Assembly (NCBI RefSeq): GCF_000186885.1
Contig: NC_014972.1
Span: 3,330,001-3,362,000 of the forward strand
Direction: 5' to 3'
DNA length: 32,000 bases
Origin: Desulfobulbus propionicus DSM 2032
GTDB taxonomy: Bacteria > Desulfobacterota > Desulfobulbia > Desulfobulbales > Desulfobulbaceae
In this document: in pieces, positions 1 through 11,764 of the stretch
Position numbering within the stretch: position 1 is the stretch's first letter
How the letters are laid out: each line of letters begins with the position of its first letter
Position numbers and translations under genes: made by a program
The notes under the pieces: model-generated
The model's input: the letters and a program-made list of their open reading frames with translations, nothing else
Told to the model about the DNA's origin: nothing
Database searches by the model: none

Positions 1-1
1 A

Positions 2-1399
2 CGGTACGGCACGGCGGTGATCGGCAAGGTCTTCGGCCCCATCATGATCCTCTGGTTCGGCAGCCTCGGCGCACTCGGCCTGATCGCCATCTTCCGCCAG
101 CCCGATGTGCTCTTGGCCCTCAACCCGGTCTATGCCTATGAGTATTTTGCCATACACCGGATGCACGGATTCATCTCCCTGGCCTCGGTGGTGCTGTGCA
201 TCACCGGCGGCGAAGCCCTCTACGCCGACATGGGCCATTTCGGCCGCCTACCCATCCGGATCACCTGGTGCGGCATCGTCCTGCCCGGCCTGGTGCTCAA
301 CTATTACGGCCAAGGGGCGTTGCTGCTCCACGATCCCGCTATCGCCGAGGTCAATCCCTTTTACGCCCTGGCGCCGAAAGCGGTGCTCTATCCCCTGGTC
401 GGCCTGGCCACGGTGGCGGCGGTCATCGCCTCCCAAGCCATGATCTCGGGCGTCTATTCACTCACCCAGCAGGCGATGCAACTGGGGTTCACCCCACGCA
501 TGCGCATCATCCATACCTCGGAGCAAGCCAGGGGACAGATCTACATTCCCACCGTGAACTGGTTGGTGATGCTCGCCTGCCTGACCCTGGTGCTGACATT
601 CAAGGAATCGTCCCGGCTGGCCGCCGCCTACGGGTTCGCGGTCACCGCCACCATGACCATTACCTCGATCATGTATTTCCACATTCTTCGCTTCCGTTGG
701 CACTGGACACTGTGGCGGAGCGTCGCCCTGGTCGGGCTGTTTCTCCTTTTCGATTCCTCGTTCCTGGGGGCCAATATCCTCAAGATCAAGGATGGCGGCT
801 GGATCACCGTCTGCATCGCCTCCCTGGTCTTGGTATCGATGATCACCTGGCGCGACGGCCGCATCCTGCTGGCCAAGCACTATGCACTGATGCGCTTGCC
901 CACCGATGTCTTTCTCAAGGATTTGGCCGAATACAGTCCACAGCGAACCGCGGGCACGGCCGTGTTCATGTCGATCACCCCCGAGGGCATTCCCCATACC
1001 CTGCTGCACCATCTCAAGCACAACGAGGCCCTGCACGAACGGGTGCTGCTCCTGTCCATTCTTTCGGCGGAGACACCCAAGATAGCGGCGAGCGAACGGG
1101 TACAGGTGGAGGCGCTGGGGCAGGGATTCTATCGGGTCAAGGCCCAATACGGGTTCATGGAGTCGCCGAACATGCCGGAGATTCTCGATCTGGTAAGCCG
1201 AAAAGGGGTAGCGATCGATATCTATACCACCTCGTTCTTCCTGGGACGTGAAACCCTGTTTGCCACCGGACCGGCGCCCATGGCCCAATGGCGCAAAAAG
1301 CTGTTCATCTTCATGTCGCGCAACGCCTGGAACGCCACCTCGTTCTTCAAGCTGCCGCCGGATCGGGTGGTGGAGTTGGGGACACAGGTGGAGCTGTAG
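2..1399 (+). CDS. kup: Kup-family low-affinity potassium uptake protein, 5'-truncated by window edge
   Basis: ORF open from the window edge (RYGTAVIGKVFGPIMILWFGSLGALGLIAI...NPVYAYEYF...GGEALYADMGHFG), characteristic Kup/HAK motifs and multiple TM segments; stop TAG at 1397-1399. Confidence 0.93.
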   Translation, partial: RYGTAVIGKVFGPIMILWFGSLGALGLIAIFRQPDVLLALNPVYAYEYFAIHRMHGFISLASVVLCITGGEALYADMGHFGRLPIRITWCGIVLPGLVLNYYGQGALLLHDPAIAEVNPFYALAPKAVLYPLVGLATVAAVIASQAMISGVYSLTQQAMQLGFTPRMRIIHTSEQARGQIYIPTVNWLVMLACLTLVLTFKESSRLAAAYGFAVTATMTITSIMYFHILRFRWHWTLWRSVALVGLFLLFDSSFLGANILKIKDGGWITVCIASLVLVSMITWRDGRILLAKHYALMRLPTDVFLKDLAEYSPQRTAGTAVFMSITPEGIPHTLLHHLKHNEALHERVLLLSILSAETPKIAASERVQVEALGQGFYRVKAQYGFMESPNMPEILDLVSRKGVAIDIYTTSFFLGRETLFATGPAPMAQWRKKLFIFMSRNAWNATSFFKLPPDRVVELGTQVEL

Positions 1400-1411
1400 G
1401 GACCGTCCGGT

Positions 1412-2854
<1,443 letters not shown>

Positions 2855-5800
2855 TTATTCGCCGCGCTGACGCAGCCGGTCGAGCAGGCTGGAGAGATCG
2901 GCGGCCTTGGGCTTGACCAGCCAGAACCGGCCGATGAAGTCGGGGAAGTCGTCCAACAGCCGCCAGCCCCAGTCGCTGTTGGTCTCGCGGCAGAATTCCT
3001 CGATCACCCGGTGGAGATGGTTGCGGTACTCCTCCATGTAGCCGGAGTGGACCCGCTGAATCTCCACCAGTTCATGGTTGTACCGGTCGACAAAGCTGTT
3101 GTCGAGATCGAGCACATAGGCAAAGCCGCCGGTCATGCCGGCGCCGAAGTTGCTGCCGGTGGGGCCGAGTACCGTGACCAGGCCGCCGGTCATGTATTCG
3201 CAGCCGTGATCGCCCACACCCTCGACCACCGCATGGGCGCCGGAGTTGCGCACCGCGAACCGCTCGCCGGCCCGACCTGCGGCAAACAGCCGGCCGCCAG
3301 TGGCACCGTAGAGGCAGGTGTTGCCCATGATGCTGGTGACTTCGCTCTTGAAGGTCGAGCGGTGCGGCGGCCGGAGCACGATCTTGCCGCCGGCCATGCC
3401 CTTGCCCACGTAGTCGTTGGCGTCGCCGCTCAGGGAGAGCTCCAGCCCGCCGACATTCCAGGCGCCGAAGCTCTGGCCGGCGATACCGGTCAGTTTGAGC
3501 TTGACCGGCGCTTCGTTCATCCCTTGGTTGCCCCAGCGTTTGGCGATCTCGCCACTCAAGCGGGCGCCGATGGAACGGTCGCTGTTGGCCAGGGTGTAGG
3601 CAAAGGTGCCGCCGCTACGCGCCTCGATGGCCGGCAGGATGTCGGCCACCATCTGCTCGGCCAGCACCCCCTTGTCAAAGGGCTGGTTGCGGCGCACGGC
3701 GCAGTGGCGGGGCTTGGACGCCAGCAACGCATCGGTGTGGATCAGCGGCGTAAGATCGAGCTGTCGCTGCCGTGGGGTAAGGCCGGCCACGGGTTCGAGC
3801 AGGTCCACCCGGCCGACCAGATCCTCCAGGCGGCGCACACCGAGCAGGGCCATCCACTCCCGGGTTTCCTCCGCGAGAAAGCGGAAATAGTTGAGCACCT
3901 TGTCCACCGTGCCCCGGTAATGGTCGCGCCGCAGGTCGTCGCGCTGGGTGGCCACGCCGGTGGCGCAGTTATTGAGATGACAGATGCGCAGGTACTTGCA
4001 GCCCAAGCTGATCATGGGCGCAGTGCCAAAGCCGAAGCTCTCGGCACCGAGCAGGGCCGCCTTGATCACATCGAGTCCGGTCTTGAGGCCGCCGTCGGTC
4101 TGGACCCGGATCTTGTCGCGCAGGTCATTGGCCTGCAGGGTCTGGTGCACCTCGGCCAACCCCAGCTCCCAGGGCGAACCGGCATGGCGGATGGAAGAGA
4201 TGGGGCTGGCGGCGGTGCCGCCGTCGTAGCCGGAAACCGTGATCAGGTCGGCGTAGGCCTTGGCCACCCCGGCGGCAATGGTGCCGATACCGGGCCGGGA
4301 GACCAACTTCACCGACACCAGGGCCTCCGGATTGACCTGCTTGAGGTCGAAGATCAGTTGGGCCAGGTCCTCGATGGAGTAGATGTCGTGGTGCGGCGGC
4401 GGCGAGATCAGGGTGACGCCTGGGACCGCGTAGCGCAACCGGGCTATCAGGTCGTTGACCTTGCTCCCCGGCAGCTGGCCGCCCTCGCCGGGCTTGGCCC
4501 CCTGGGCGATTTTGATCTGCAGCTCCTCGGCGTTGACCAGGTAGTGGGGCGTGACCCCAAAACGGCCCGAGGCGATCTGCTTGATCTTCGAGACCTTGCT
4601 GGTGCCGTAGCGGGCCGGGTCCTCGCCGCCCTCGCCGCTGTTGGAGCGGCCGCCAAGCGCGTTCATCGCCTCGGCCAGGGCCTCGTGGGCCTCGGGCGAC
4701 AGCGCCCCGAGCGACATGGCGGCGGTGTCGAAGCGGCGGACAATGGCCTCGACCGGTTCGACCTGGTCGATGGGGATCGGCTGCACATCGCGGCGCAGGG
4801 CGAGCAGATCGCGCAGGGTGGCGGGTGGGCGGTGGTTGATCAGCTCGGCGCAGCGGCGCCATTGGCCATAGTCGCCGCTGGTGACCGCCGATTGCAACCC
4901 CAGGACCACATCCGGGTTGAAGGCATGGTACTCCTGGCCGTGCATGTACTTGAGCAGTCCGCCCGGCCGGATGGGCCGTTGCCGGCTGGTGGCCTCCCGG
5001 GCCAGGGCCTGCTGATCCGCCTCAAGGTCGGCAAATCCAGCGCCGCCGATGCGGCTGGGGGTGCCGGGGAAACAGCGTTCCACCACCTCCGCATCCAGAC
5101 CGATAATTTCAAACAGCTGGGCGCCCCGGTAGGAGGCCACGGTGGCAATGCCCATCTTGGAGAGGATCTTCAAGAGCCCCTTTTTGATGCCCTTGCGATA
5201 GTTCTTCAGGGCCTGGTTTGGCTGCAGATCGACTTCACCGCAGCGGCAGAGATCGGCGAGCACCGCATAGCCGAGGTACGGGTAGACCGCGGTAGCCCCG
5301 AACCCGATCAGGCAGGCGATCTGGTGGGCATCGCGGGCCGTGGCCGTGGAAACGATGAGGTTGGCGTTGCAGCGCAGGCCCTGCACGCACAGGTGATGGT
5401 GAACCGCGCCAATGGCCAGCAGGGCATGGATGGGCAACAGCGGCGGGGCGCAGTCCTGATCAGTGAGCAGCAGCAACACGCAGCCGCTGCGCACCGCTTC
5501 TGCGGCTTGGCTGCACAGGGCCTCGATGGCCGCGCGCAGATCCTGCTTTTCCAGATCGTAGCCGAGCGGCAGCCGGCACAACCGGTAGCCCCAGCGGTCG
5601 AGATGGAGCAGGGCCCGGTACTTTTCGGTGGACAGCACCGGCGAGGTCAGGATCACCCGGCTGGCGTGCTGCTCGGACTCCTCGAAAATCGACTGCTGCT
5701 CCGGGCCGATGGTGGTCTCCAACGACATCACCACTGCTTCGCGCAGCGGGTCGATGGGCGGGTTGGTCACCTGGGCGAACTGCTGACGGAAAAAGTCGTA

Positions 5801-7303
5801 CAGCGGCCGCTGCTGGCGGGAGAGCACGGCCATGGGGGTGTCGTCGCCCATGGAGCCGGTGGCCTCCTGGCCGGTTTCGGCCAGGGGGCGCAACAACTGG
5901 TCGCGCTCCTCGAAGCTGACCTGGTACATCTTCATCGCCATCGTCAGCCGCTCCCCCTCCAGTTCATGGATAGGCCGATCCTGCTCCAGGGTACCCTCGA
6001 GGCGCAGGGTGTTGTCCTTGAGCCACTGCTTGTAGGGATGGCGCGTTTTGAGCAGCTCGTCCACCTCGCTGGTGTGGCGCAGGGTCCCGGTGGCGGTATC
6101 GACCGAGAGGATCTGGCCCGGGCCAAGCCGGCCCTTGGCCACCACCTCGCCGGCATCGTCGTTGGAGACGCCCACCTCCGAGGCCACGGTCAGCAGGTGG
6201 TCGCGGGTCAGCACCCAGCGCGAGGGCCGTAGGCCGTTGCGGTCCAGGGCGCAGACCGCATGGCGGCCATCGGTGAGCACCAAGCCGGCCGGGCCGTCCC
6301 ATGCCTCGGTGTGCATGGAGTTGAACTCGTAAAAGGCGCGCAGGTCGGCGTCGAGATGCTCGACGTTCTGCCAGGCGGGCGGAATGAGCATGCGGATCGC
6401 CCGGTGCAGGTCCATGCCGCCGGCCACCAGCACCTCAAGCATGTTATCCAAGCTGGAGGAGTCCGAGCCGGTGCGGTTGACCAGGGGAGCGATGGCCTCG
6501 ATGTCCGGCAGCAGCGGGGTTTGAAACTTGCCTGTGCGGGCCTCGGCCCAGTTGCGGTTGCCGGTGATGGTGTTGATCTCGCCGTTGTGGGCCAGCAGGC
6601 GGAAGGGTTGAGCCAGGGGCCAGCGCGGCATGGTGTTGGTGGAGAAGCGCTGGTGGAAAACGCAGATGGCGCTGGTCAGTTCCGGATCGGCCAGGTCGGG
6701 GAAGAAGCCGGGCAGGTCGGCGGGCATCATCAGCCCCTTGTAGACCAGGGTGCCTTCACTGAGGCTGGCGACATAGAAATCCGGATCGTGGGCCAACCGC
6801 TTTTCCGTCCGTCGGCGGGCAATGAACAACCCTGCGGTCAGCTGCTCGCGACGCTGGTTGTCGCTGTTGACAAACACCTGGAAAAATTGCGGCAGGGAGG
6901 CCAGGGCAATGGGGCCCAGGCAGGCAGGATTGGTGGGCACCTGCCGCCAGCCGGCCACCCGCAACCCCTGGTCCGCCAGCTCCTCCTCCAGGATGCGCCG
7001 GGCCGTCGCCGCCCGCTCCTCGTCCTGGCTGAACATCAGGCTGCCGATGCCGTAGAGCGGTGTCAACTCGCCGGCGCCGCAGGCCTGGGCCGCGCGACGG
7101 AGAAAACCATCGGGTTTCTGCACGAGCAAGCCGCAGCCGTCGCCGGTGCGGCCGTCGGCGGCAATCCCGCCCCGGTGGGTCATGCGGGTCAGCGCCTCGA
7201 TGCCGGTCCGCACCAATCGGTGACTGGCCTCGCCCTTGACGTGGGCGATCAGGCCGAAACCGCAATTGTCCTTGAATTCGTTGCAATCGTAAAGCCCGTT
7301 CAT
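2855..7303 (-). CDS. gltB: Glutamate synthase large subunit
   Basis: Start chosen at [28 protein letters not shown] (7303) rather than the ORF-track start at 7567; GATase II domain, FMN-binding synthase domain ([38 protein letters not shown]) and C-terminal GXGXG domain. Confidence 0.95.
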   Translation of the reverse strand: MNGLYDCNEFKDNCGFGLIAHVKGEASHRLVRTGIEALTRMTHRGGIAADGRTGDGCGLLVQKPDGFLRRAAQACGAGELTPLYGIGSLMFSQDEERAATARRILEEELADQGLRVAGWRQVPTNPACLGPIALASLPQFFQVFVNSDNQRREQLTAGLFIARRRTEKRLAHDPDFYVASLSEGTLVYKGLMMPADLPGFFPDLADPELTSAICVFHQRFSTNTMPRWPLAQPFRLLAHNGEINTITGNRNWAEARTGKFQTPLLPDIEAIAPLVNRTGSDSSSLDNMLEVLVAGGMDLHRAIRMLIPPAWQNVEHLDADLRAFYEFNSMHTEAWDGPAGLVLTDGRHAVCALDRNGLRPSRWVLTRDHLLTVASEVGVSNDDAGEVVAKGRLGPGQILSVDTATGTLRHTSEVDELLKTRHPYKQWLKDNTLRLEGTLEQDRPIHELEGERLTMAMKMYQVSFEERDQLLRPLAETGQEATGSMGDDTPMAVLSRQQRPLYDFFRQQFAQVTNPPIDPLREAVVMSLETTIGPEQQSIFEESEQHASRVILTSPVLSTEKYRALLHLDRWGYRLCRLPLGYDLEKQDLRAAIEALCSQAAEAVRSGCVLLLLTDQDCAPPLLPIHALLAIGAVHHHLCVQGLRCNANLIVSTATARDAHQIACLIGFGATAVYPYLGYAVLADLCRCGEVDLQPNQALKNYRKGIKKGLLKILSKMGIATVASYRGAQLFEIIGLDAEVVERCFPGTPSRIGGAGFADLEADQQALAREATSRQRPIRPGGLLKYMHGQEYHAFNPDVVLGLQSAVTSGDYGQWRRCAELINHRPPATLRDLLALRRDVQPIPIDQVEPVEAIVRRFDTAAMSLGALSPEAHEALAEAMNALGGRSNSGEGGEDPARYGTSKVSKIKQIASGRFGVTPHYLVNAEELQIKIAQGAKPGEGGQLPGSKVNDLIARLRYAVPGVTLISPPPHHDIYSIEDLAQLIFDLKQVNPEALVSVKLVSRPGIGTIAAGVAKAYADLITVSGYDGGTAASPISSIRHAGSPWELGLAEVHQTLQANDLRDKIRVQTDGGLKTGLDVIKAALLGAESFGFGTAPMISLGCKYLRICHLNNCATGVATQRDDLRRDHYRGTVDKVLNYFRFLAEETREWMALLGVRRLEDLVGRVDLLEPVAGLTPRQRQLDLTPLIHTDALLASKPRHCAVRRNQPFDKGVLAEQMVADILPAIEARSGGTFAYTLANSDRSIGARLSGEIAKRWGNQGMNEAPVKLKLTGIAGQSFGAWNVGGLELSLSGDANDYVGKGMAGGKIVLRPPHRSTFKSEVTSIMGNTCLYGATGGRLFAAGRAGERFAVRNSGAHAVVEGVGDHGCEYMTGGLVTVLGPTGSNFGAGMTGGFAYVLDLDNSFVDRYNHELVEIQRVHSGYMEEYRNHLHRVIEEFCRETNSDWGWRLLDDFPDFIGRFWLVKPKAADLSSLLDRLRQRGE

Positions 7304-7441
7304 GGTCCCTTGAATGGTTGAGGAATAGTGAGGGGCAGTTAAGCACCGGACGCCCCCGAGTGCAACAGGAATAATTCCTGAGTGGTACAAGGTGTCCGAA
7401 AGAAGGGGAAAACAGGGCAAATGGAGGGCACCATTCTTTCG

Positions 7442-7469
7442 TTGACAGTTCCCGCCTGTCTTATATGCT
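7442..7469 (+). promoter_or_regulatory. Candidate sigma70-type promoter for the DHH/CBS gene
   Basis: TTGACA (7442-7447), 16 nt spacer, TATGCT (7464-7469), about 110 nt upstream of ATG 7579. Confidence 0.4.
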
Positions 7470-7578
7470 GGAACACGATACGTCCGGTGCATCGAACCAC
7501 GACTGTTTGTCTTCGCAAGCGGCCTCAGCCAATCTGGAGCCGCTGTATTTTTATTCAGCTTGAGCAACTCGGAATTTC

Positions 7579-8877
7579 ATGCATATCGCCACCACCCATC
7601 GCAACACCGATTTCGACGGCCTGGCCTCGATCATCGCCGCCACCCTGCTCTATCCCGGCACCGTGGCGGTGTGTCCAAAGAACGTCAACCCCAATGTCCA
7701 CCGCTTTCTCTCCCTGCACAAGACCTCCTTTGACCTCATTCTCGCCGGCGAGGTCAAACTGGAAGACGTCACCCGCCTGATCGTCGCCGACACCAACCAA
7801 TGGCGGCGGCTGGACCGGGTGGACCAGCTCCGCGACCGCGATGACGTCGAATTGCTGCTCTGGGATCATCATCTGGGCATTGGCGACCTCAATCCCCACT
7901 GGCAGTGCGTGGAAAAGATTGGCGCCACCATCACCCTGCTGGTTCGGGAGATCAAGGCGCAACAGATCGACCTTACCCCCCTGCAGGCCACCCTCTTTCT
8001 TCTCGGCCTCTACGAGGATACCGGCCAGCTGACCTTCAGCTCCACCACCCCGGAAGACGCGCGCGCCGCCGCCTTTCTCCTCGAACAGGGGGCGGATCTC
8101 AACATCGCGGTCGATTTTCTCAACATGGCCTACGGCGAGGTGCAGAAAAAGGTGCTGTTTCGGCTGATGCGCGATGCCGAGCAGCACGAGATCAAGGGTA
8201 AGCGGGTGGGCATCGGCGTGGTCCACATCAGCCGGCATGTCGAACTGGCCATGGTGGTGCAGCTGTACGCCAAAATCGTCAATGCCGACGCGGTGTTCGT
8301 CATCTTTGTCAACGAGGGCGGCGGATTTTTCGTGATCGGCCGCAGCAGTGCTCCGGAGATCAACGTCAACACCATCCTCCAGCGGTTCGGCGGCGGCGGC
8401 CACCCGGGCGCGGGATCGGCCACTATCACCGACAAACAACTGACCGCCGGGGTGATCCGGCAAAAAATCATCGCCGCCCTGCACGAGGTGCAACGTGGCG
8501 GTGCCCTGGTGGCGGACATGATGTCCTTCCCGGTGACCACCGTGCCGCCGGATGCGCCGATGCACGAGATCCGCCGCATCATGGAGGAGGAAAAGATCCG
8601 CGGGGTGGTGGTCGAGGAGGATGACCGCCTGCAAGGCATTGTGGTGTTGTGGGACCTGAAGAAGCTGCGCCTGACCAAGCAGTGGAACAGCCCGGTCAAG
8701 GCCTTCATGAACCGCAAGGTGACCACCATCGCCCCCGAGGCCCTGGCCAGCGAGGCGGCGGACCTGATGGTGCAGAAGAACATCGGCCACCTGCCGGTGG
8801 TTCAAGGCGAAAAGGTGATCGGCATCGTCACCCGCACCGATGTCATCAATTACCTCTACGGCATGCTGCCGAGCTGA
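7579..8877 (+). CDS. DHH/DHHA1 phosphoesterase-like protein with two C-terminal CBS domains
   Basis: THRNTDFDGLAS and DHH (LLLWDHHLG) motifs, GGGGHPGAGSA DHHA1 motif, two CBS repeats (MMSFPVTTVPPDAPMHEIRRIMEEEKIRGVVVEE; MNRKVTTIAPEALASEAADLMVQKNIGHLPVVQG). Confidence 0.9.
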   Translation: MHIATTHRNTDFDGLASIIAATLLYPGTVAVCPKNVNPNVHRFLSLHKTSFDLILAGEVKLEDVTRLIVADTNQWRRLDRVDQLRDRDDVELLLWDHHLGIGDLNPHWQCVEKIGATITLLVREIKAQQIDLTPLQATLFLLGLYEDTGQLTFSSTTPEDARAAAFLLEQGADLNIAVDFLNMAYGEVQKKVLFRLMRDAEQHEIKGKRVGIGVVHISRHVELAMVVQLYAKIVNADAVFVIFVNEGGGFFVIGRSSAPEINVNTILQRFGGGGHPGAGSATITDKQLTAGVIRQKIIAALHEVQRGGALVADMMSFPVTTVPPDAPMHEIRRIMEEEKIRGVVVEEDDRLQGIVVLWDLKKLRLTKQWNSPVKAFMNRKVTTIAPEALASEAADLMVQKNIGHLPVVQGEKVIGIVTRTDVINYLYGMLPS

Positions 8878-9025
8878 TCGGTTTTTCCCAACGGCACGCC
8901 CCTCCTGGTACCGGCTGCCGGGGCAGTCGCCACCGTGATCACGATGCAGCGCCGGATCGTTGCCGGTCGGCATGATCGGCAACGAGGAATGAATCTCATT
9001 TTTCCTTCCGCGATCCGTCTTTCCG

Positions 9026-9055
9026 TTGTCCCCCAGGATCGGGGTGTGCTACACT
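9026..9055 (+). promoter_or_regulatory. Candidate sigma70-type promoter for the TonB receptor/YfiR/kinase cassette
   Basis: TTGTCC (9026-9031), 18 nt spacer, TACACT (9050-9055) in TGTGCTACACT context; about 120 nt leader before ATG 9185. Confidence 0.35.
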
Positions 9056-9184
9056 CGTTGCAGACCCGACAAACAGATCGCCCTCCCCCCGTGGATCACG
9101 CGGGGTTGCGGCATTGCTGTGTTTTCACTTTGGCCCCGCTTTCCCTACCCCGCATGGGGGGAAACCGTCCACAGGCGGATTATT

Positions 9185-11209
9185 ATGTTTTTTTCAAAGA
9201 AAAAGGCAACGGCGGCGGCACTGGTGTGCTCCGGTTGTTTCCAGGCGGCGGTGGCCGCTTCCGAGACCAACGAGTATCTGGAGCTGGATCTCTCCCAGCT
9301 GATGAATATCACCGTGACCTCTGTTGCCAAGAAAGAGCAGCGTTTGTCGGACGCGGCGGCGGCGGTGTTCGTCATCACCCAGGAAGACATCCGCCGCTCC
9401 GGCGTGACCACCATCGCCGATGCCCTGGCCATGGCCCCGGGCATTCAGGTGGCCAAGATCAGCGCCTCCAAATGGTCGGTGTCCTCGCGGGGGTTCGCCG
9501 GGTACACCTCCAACAAGCTGCTGGTGCTGATGGACGGCCGTTCCGTGTATTCTCCGGCCTACAGCGGCGTGTTTTGGGACGCGCAGAACACGCTGCTCGA
9601 GGATATCGACCGCATCGAGGTCATCCGCGGACCGGGCGGCACGTTGTGGGGCGCCAACGCGGTCAATGGGGTCATCAACATCATCACCAAAAACGCCACG
9701 GAAACCAAGGGGACCCTGGTCCGCGCCAGTGCCGGCAACGGCGGGGCCATGTCCACGGCGGCCCGTTACGGCGGCGCGCTCAGCGACACCATCAGCGGCC
9801 GTCTGTATCTGACCTATGACCGCAGCATGAGCAACGCCCTCAAGGAAAACGGCGAAGACGCCAACGACACCTGGAAGCCCCTGCAAACCGGCTTTCGCCT
9901 GGACGGCGAACCGGCGGGCAACAAGGAATGGACCCTGCAGGGCGATCTGTATGACAACGGCGGCGATCAGTGGGTCTTTCCCCACTGGACCGGCGACTCG
10001 CCCCTGCCGTCGATCCGGGATGACGCGCTGGACGCCAAGGGCGGGAATCTGCTGGGACGCTGGCGCCAGGAACTGGGCAACGATCGGGCGCTGACCTTCA
10101 AGGCCTATTATGATTTCAACAAACGCAGCGACGCGGTGTTCAATCTGGCCTTCGACACCATCGACCTCGATCTCCAGTACGAGACAGCGCTCGGCGGGCG
10201 CCAAAACCTGACCATGGGCGCCGGCTACCGGTCGATCACCGGTGACTTTGACGAAACCTTCCAGGTGTATCTGCCGGATCGAAGCGACGAGCTCCACAGC
10301 GCCTTTCTCCAGGACGAGATCAACCTCGTGGCCGACAGGCTGTGGCTGACCCTGGGTTCCAAGTACGAACACAACGACTATACCGGTAGCGAATGGCAGC
10401 CCAGCGCCCGAATACTGTGGAAACCCGCGGATCGTCATTCCCTCTGGACCTCCGTAGCGCGGGCGGTGCGCACCCCGGCCATCGTCGAGCAGCACGGCCG
10501 GGTGCTCATGGGCAGATATCCGGCCTCTCTCGGCACCACCCCGATCGGCATTGGCGATATCAACTTTACCGGCAATCCGGATTTTGACTCCGAAATCGTC
10601 ACCGCCTACGAAGCCGGACACCGCTGGCAGGCAACAGATACCCTTTCCTTTGACCTGGCCCTGTTCTACAACGACTACGACGAGATCTATACCGCCCAGC
10701 CCGTGCAGTCGGGGCTTGATATCGACAGCGTTTTTGTCAACGCCCAGAGCGGCTCGGGCCGGGGCGTCGAGCTGGCGGCCGACTGGAAGCCTCGTTCCTG
10801 GCTGTCCTTTGCCTTGGCCTACTCCCACCTGGAAATGGATCTGACCACCGACGCCGCCGTCGGCAGCCAGGCCGGCAGCGACTGGGTGACAAAGGCCAGC
10901 CCGCGACATCAGGTTTCGCTGCGCTCCTCCATCGCCCTGGCCGAGAATTGGCGGCTCAACCTCTGGCTCCGCCACGTCGACACGATTTCCGGCAGAAACA
11001 GCACCAATTTGTTAGGCGACTCGCGTCTCCTGGATGCCTACACCCTGCTGGACGCCAACCTGATCTGGACTCCGTTCCGGGAACTGGAAGTGATGCTTGC
11101 CGGCCAGAATCTGTTGGACGACGGCCAGGTCCGCTATCTGTCCGAATACCAGACCCCGGCCACCGAGATCGAACGCGGCGTGTACGGCAAGGTCACCTGG
11201 CGGTTCTAG
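9185..11209 (+). CDS. TonB-dependent outer membrane receptor
   Basis: Signal peptide (MFFSKKKATAAALVCSGCFQAAVAA), plug domain (VTSVAKKEQRLSDAAAAVFVITQEDIRRSG...LVLMDGRSVYSP...IEVIRGPGGTLWGANAVNGVINIITK), beta-barrel ending YGKVTWRF. Start set at 9185, not the track start 9026. Confidence 0.92.
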   Translation: MFFSKKKATAAALVCSGCFQAAVAASETNEYLELDLSQLMNITVTSVAKKEQRLSDAAAAVFVITQEDIRRSGVTTIADALAMAPGIQVAKISASKWSVSSRGFAGYTSNKLLVLMDGRSVYSPAYSGVFWDAQNTLLEDIDRIEVIRGPGGTLWGANAVNGVINIITKNATETKGTLVRASAGNGGAMSTAARYGGALSDTISGRLYLTYDRSMSNALKENGEDANDTWKPLQTGFRLDGEPAGNKEWTLQGDLYDNGGDQWVFPHWTGDSPLPSIRDDALDAKGGNLLGRWRQELGNDRALTFKAYYDFNKRSDAVFNLAFDTIDLDLQYETALGGRQNLTMGAGYRSITGDFDETFQVYLPDRSDELHSAFLQDEINLVADRLWLTLGSKYEHNDYTGSEWQPSARILWKPADRHSLWTSVARAVRTPAIVEQHGRVLMGRYPASLGTTPIGIGDINFTGNPDFDSEIVTAYEAGHRWQATDTLSFDLALFYNDYDEIYTAQPVQSGLDIDSVFVNAQSGSGRGVELAADWKPRSWLSFALAYSHLEMDLTTDAAVGSQAGSDWVTKASPRHQVSLRSSIALAENWRLNLWLRHVDTISGRNSTNLLGDSRLLDAYTLLDANLIWTPFRELEVMLAGQNLLDDGQVRYLSEYQTPATEIERGVYGKVTWRF

Positions 11210-11221
11210 CGCCCACTCGCC

Positions 11222-11758
11222 ATGCACGCCAAGCCCTTCATAACCGCCCTGTTGACGGCGCTGTTCCTCTTCCTGGGAACCAGCCTCTCCAAGGCGGATT
11301 CCCCGGAACTTGAGTACAAGGTCAAGGCCGCCTTCTTACTCAATTTCGCCAAATTCACCGCTTGGCCCCTGCCCGCAGAGAATACCCCCGGCCCCTTCAC
11401 CCTCTGCGTCCTCGGCACGGATCCCTTTGGCCAATCGCTCGACGGCCTGGCGGAAAAGCAGATTAACGGCAACAACATTGAAATCCGCCGCACCGCCTCC
11501 AGCGCCGCCATCGGGCAATGCCGACTTGTGTTCGTCAGCAAATCGGAACAGGCCGACCTGCAGAAAGTGCTCCGCCTGACTGCGGGCCACCCCATTGTCA
11601 CGGTCAGCGACATGGAAGGATTCGCCGCTGCCGGCGGCACCATCGAATTCAAGAACAAGGAGGGACGACTCTCCTTTATCATCAACAACACCAAGGCCAG
11701 AATGAACGGACTGCGATTCAGCTCGTCGCTGCTCACCCTGGCCCTCGAAGTTTTGTAG
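11222..11758 (+). CDS. YfiR-family (DUF4154) periplasmic protein
   Basis: Signal peptide, LEYKVKAAFLLNFAKFTAWP, FTLCVLGTDPFG, MEGFAAAGGTIEF...RLSFIINNTKARMNGLRFSSSLLTLA, typical YfiR/DUF4154 pattern. Confidence 0.85.
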   Translation: MHAKPFITALLTALFLFLGTSLSKADSPELEYKVKAAFLLNFAKFTAWPLPAENTPGPFTLCVLGTDPFGQSLDGLAEKQINGNNIEIRRTASSAAIGQCRLVFVSKSEQADLQKVLRLTAGHPIVTVSDMEGFAAAGGTIEFKNKEGRLSFIINNTKARMNGLRFSSSLLTLALEVL

Positions 11759-11764
11759 TCTCGA

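Noticed and set aside
3011-6232. 1073-aa plus-strand ORF antisense to gltB
   Set aside because: Its full length is opposite highly conserved gltB; composition is typical of a high-GC shadow ORF (His/Gly/Val/Asp-rich, no motifs).
7304-7567. N-terminal extension of gltB in the ORF track
   Set aside because: The conserved protein begins at [17 protein letters not shown]; the upstream part contains promoter-like sequence for the divergent gene and no GltB homology.
9062-9184. Riboswitch (cobalamin or c-di-GMP type) in the TonB receptor leader
   Set aside because: Several short GC hairpins are present, but none of the conserved core motifs of these riboswitch classes can be identified by eye.
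9194-10975. 593-aa minus-strand ORF antisense to the TonB receptor
   Set aside because: The sense strand encodes a clear TonB plug and barrel; the antisense frame has no recognisable motifs.
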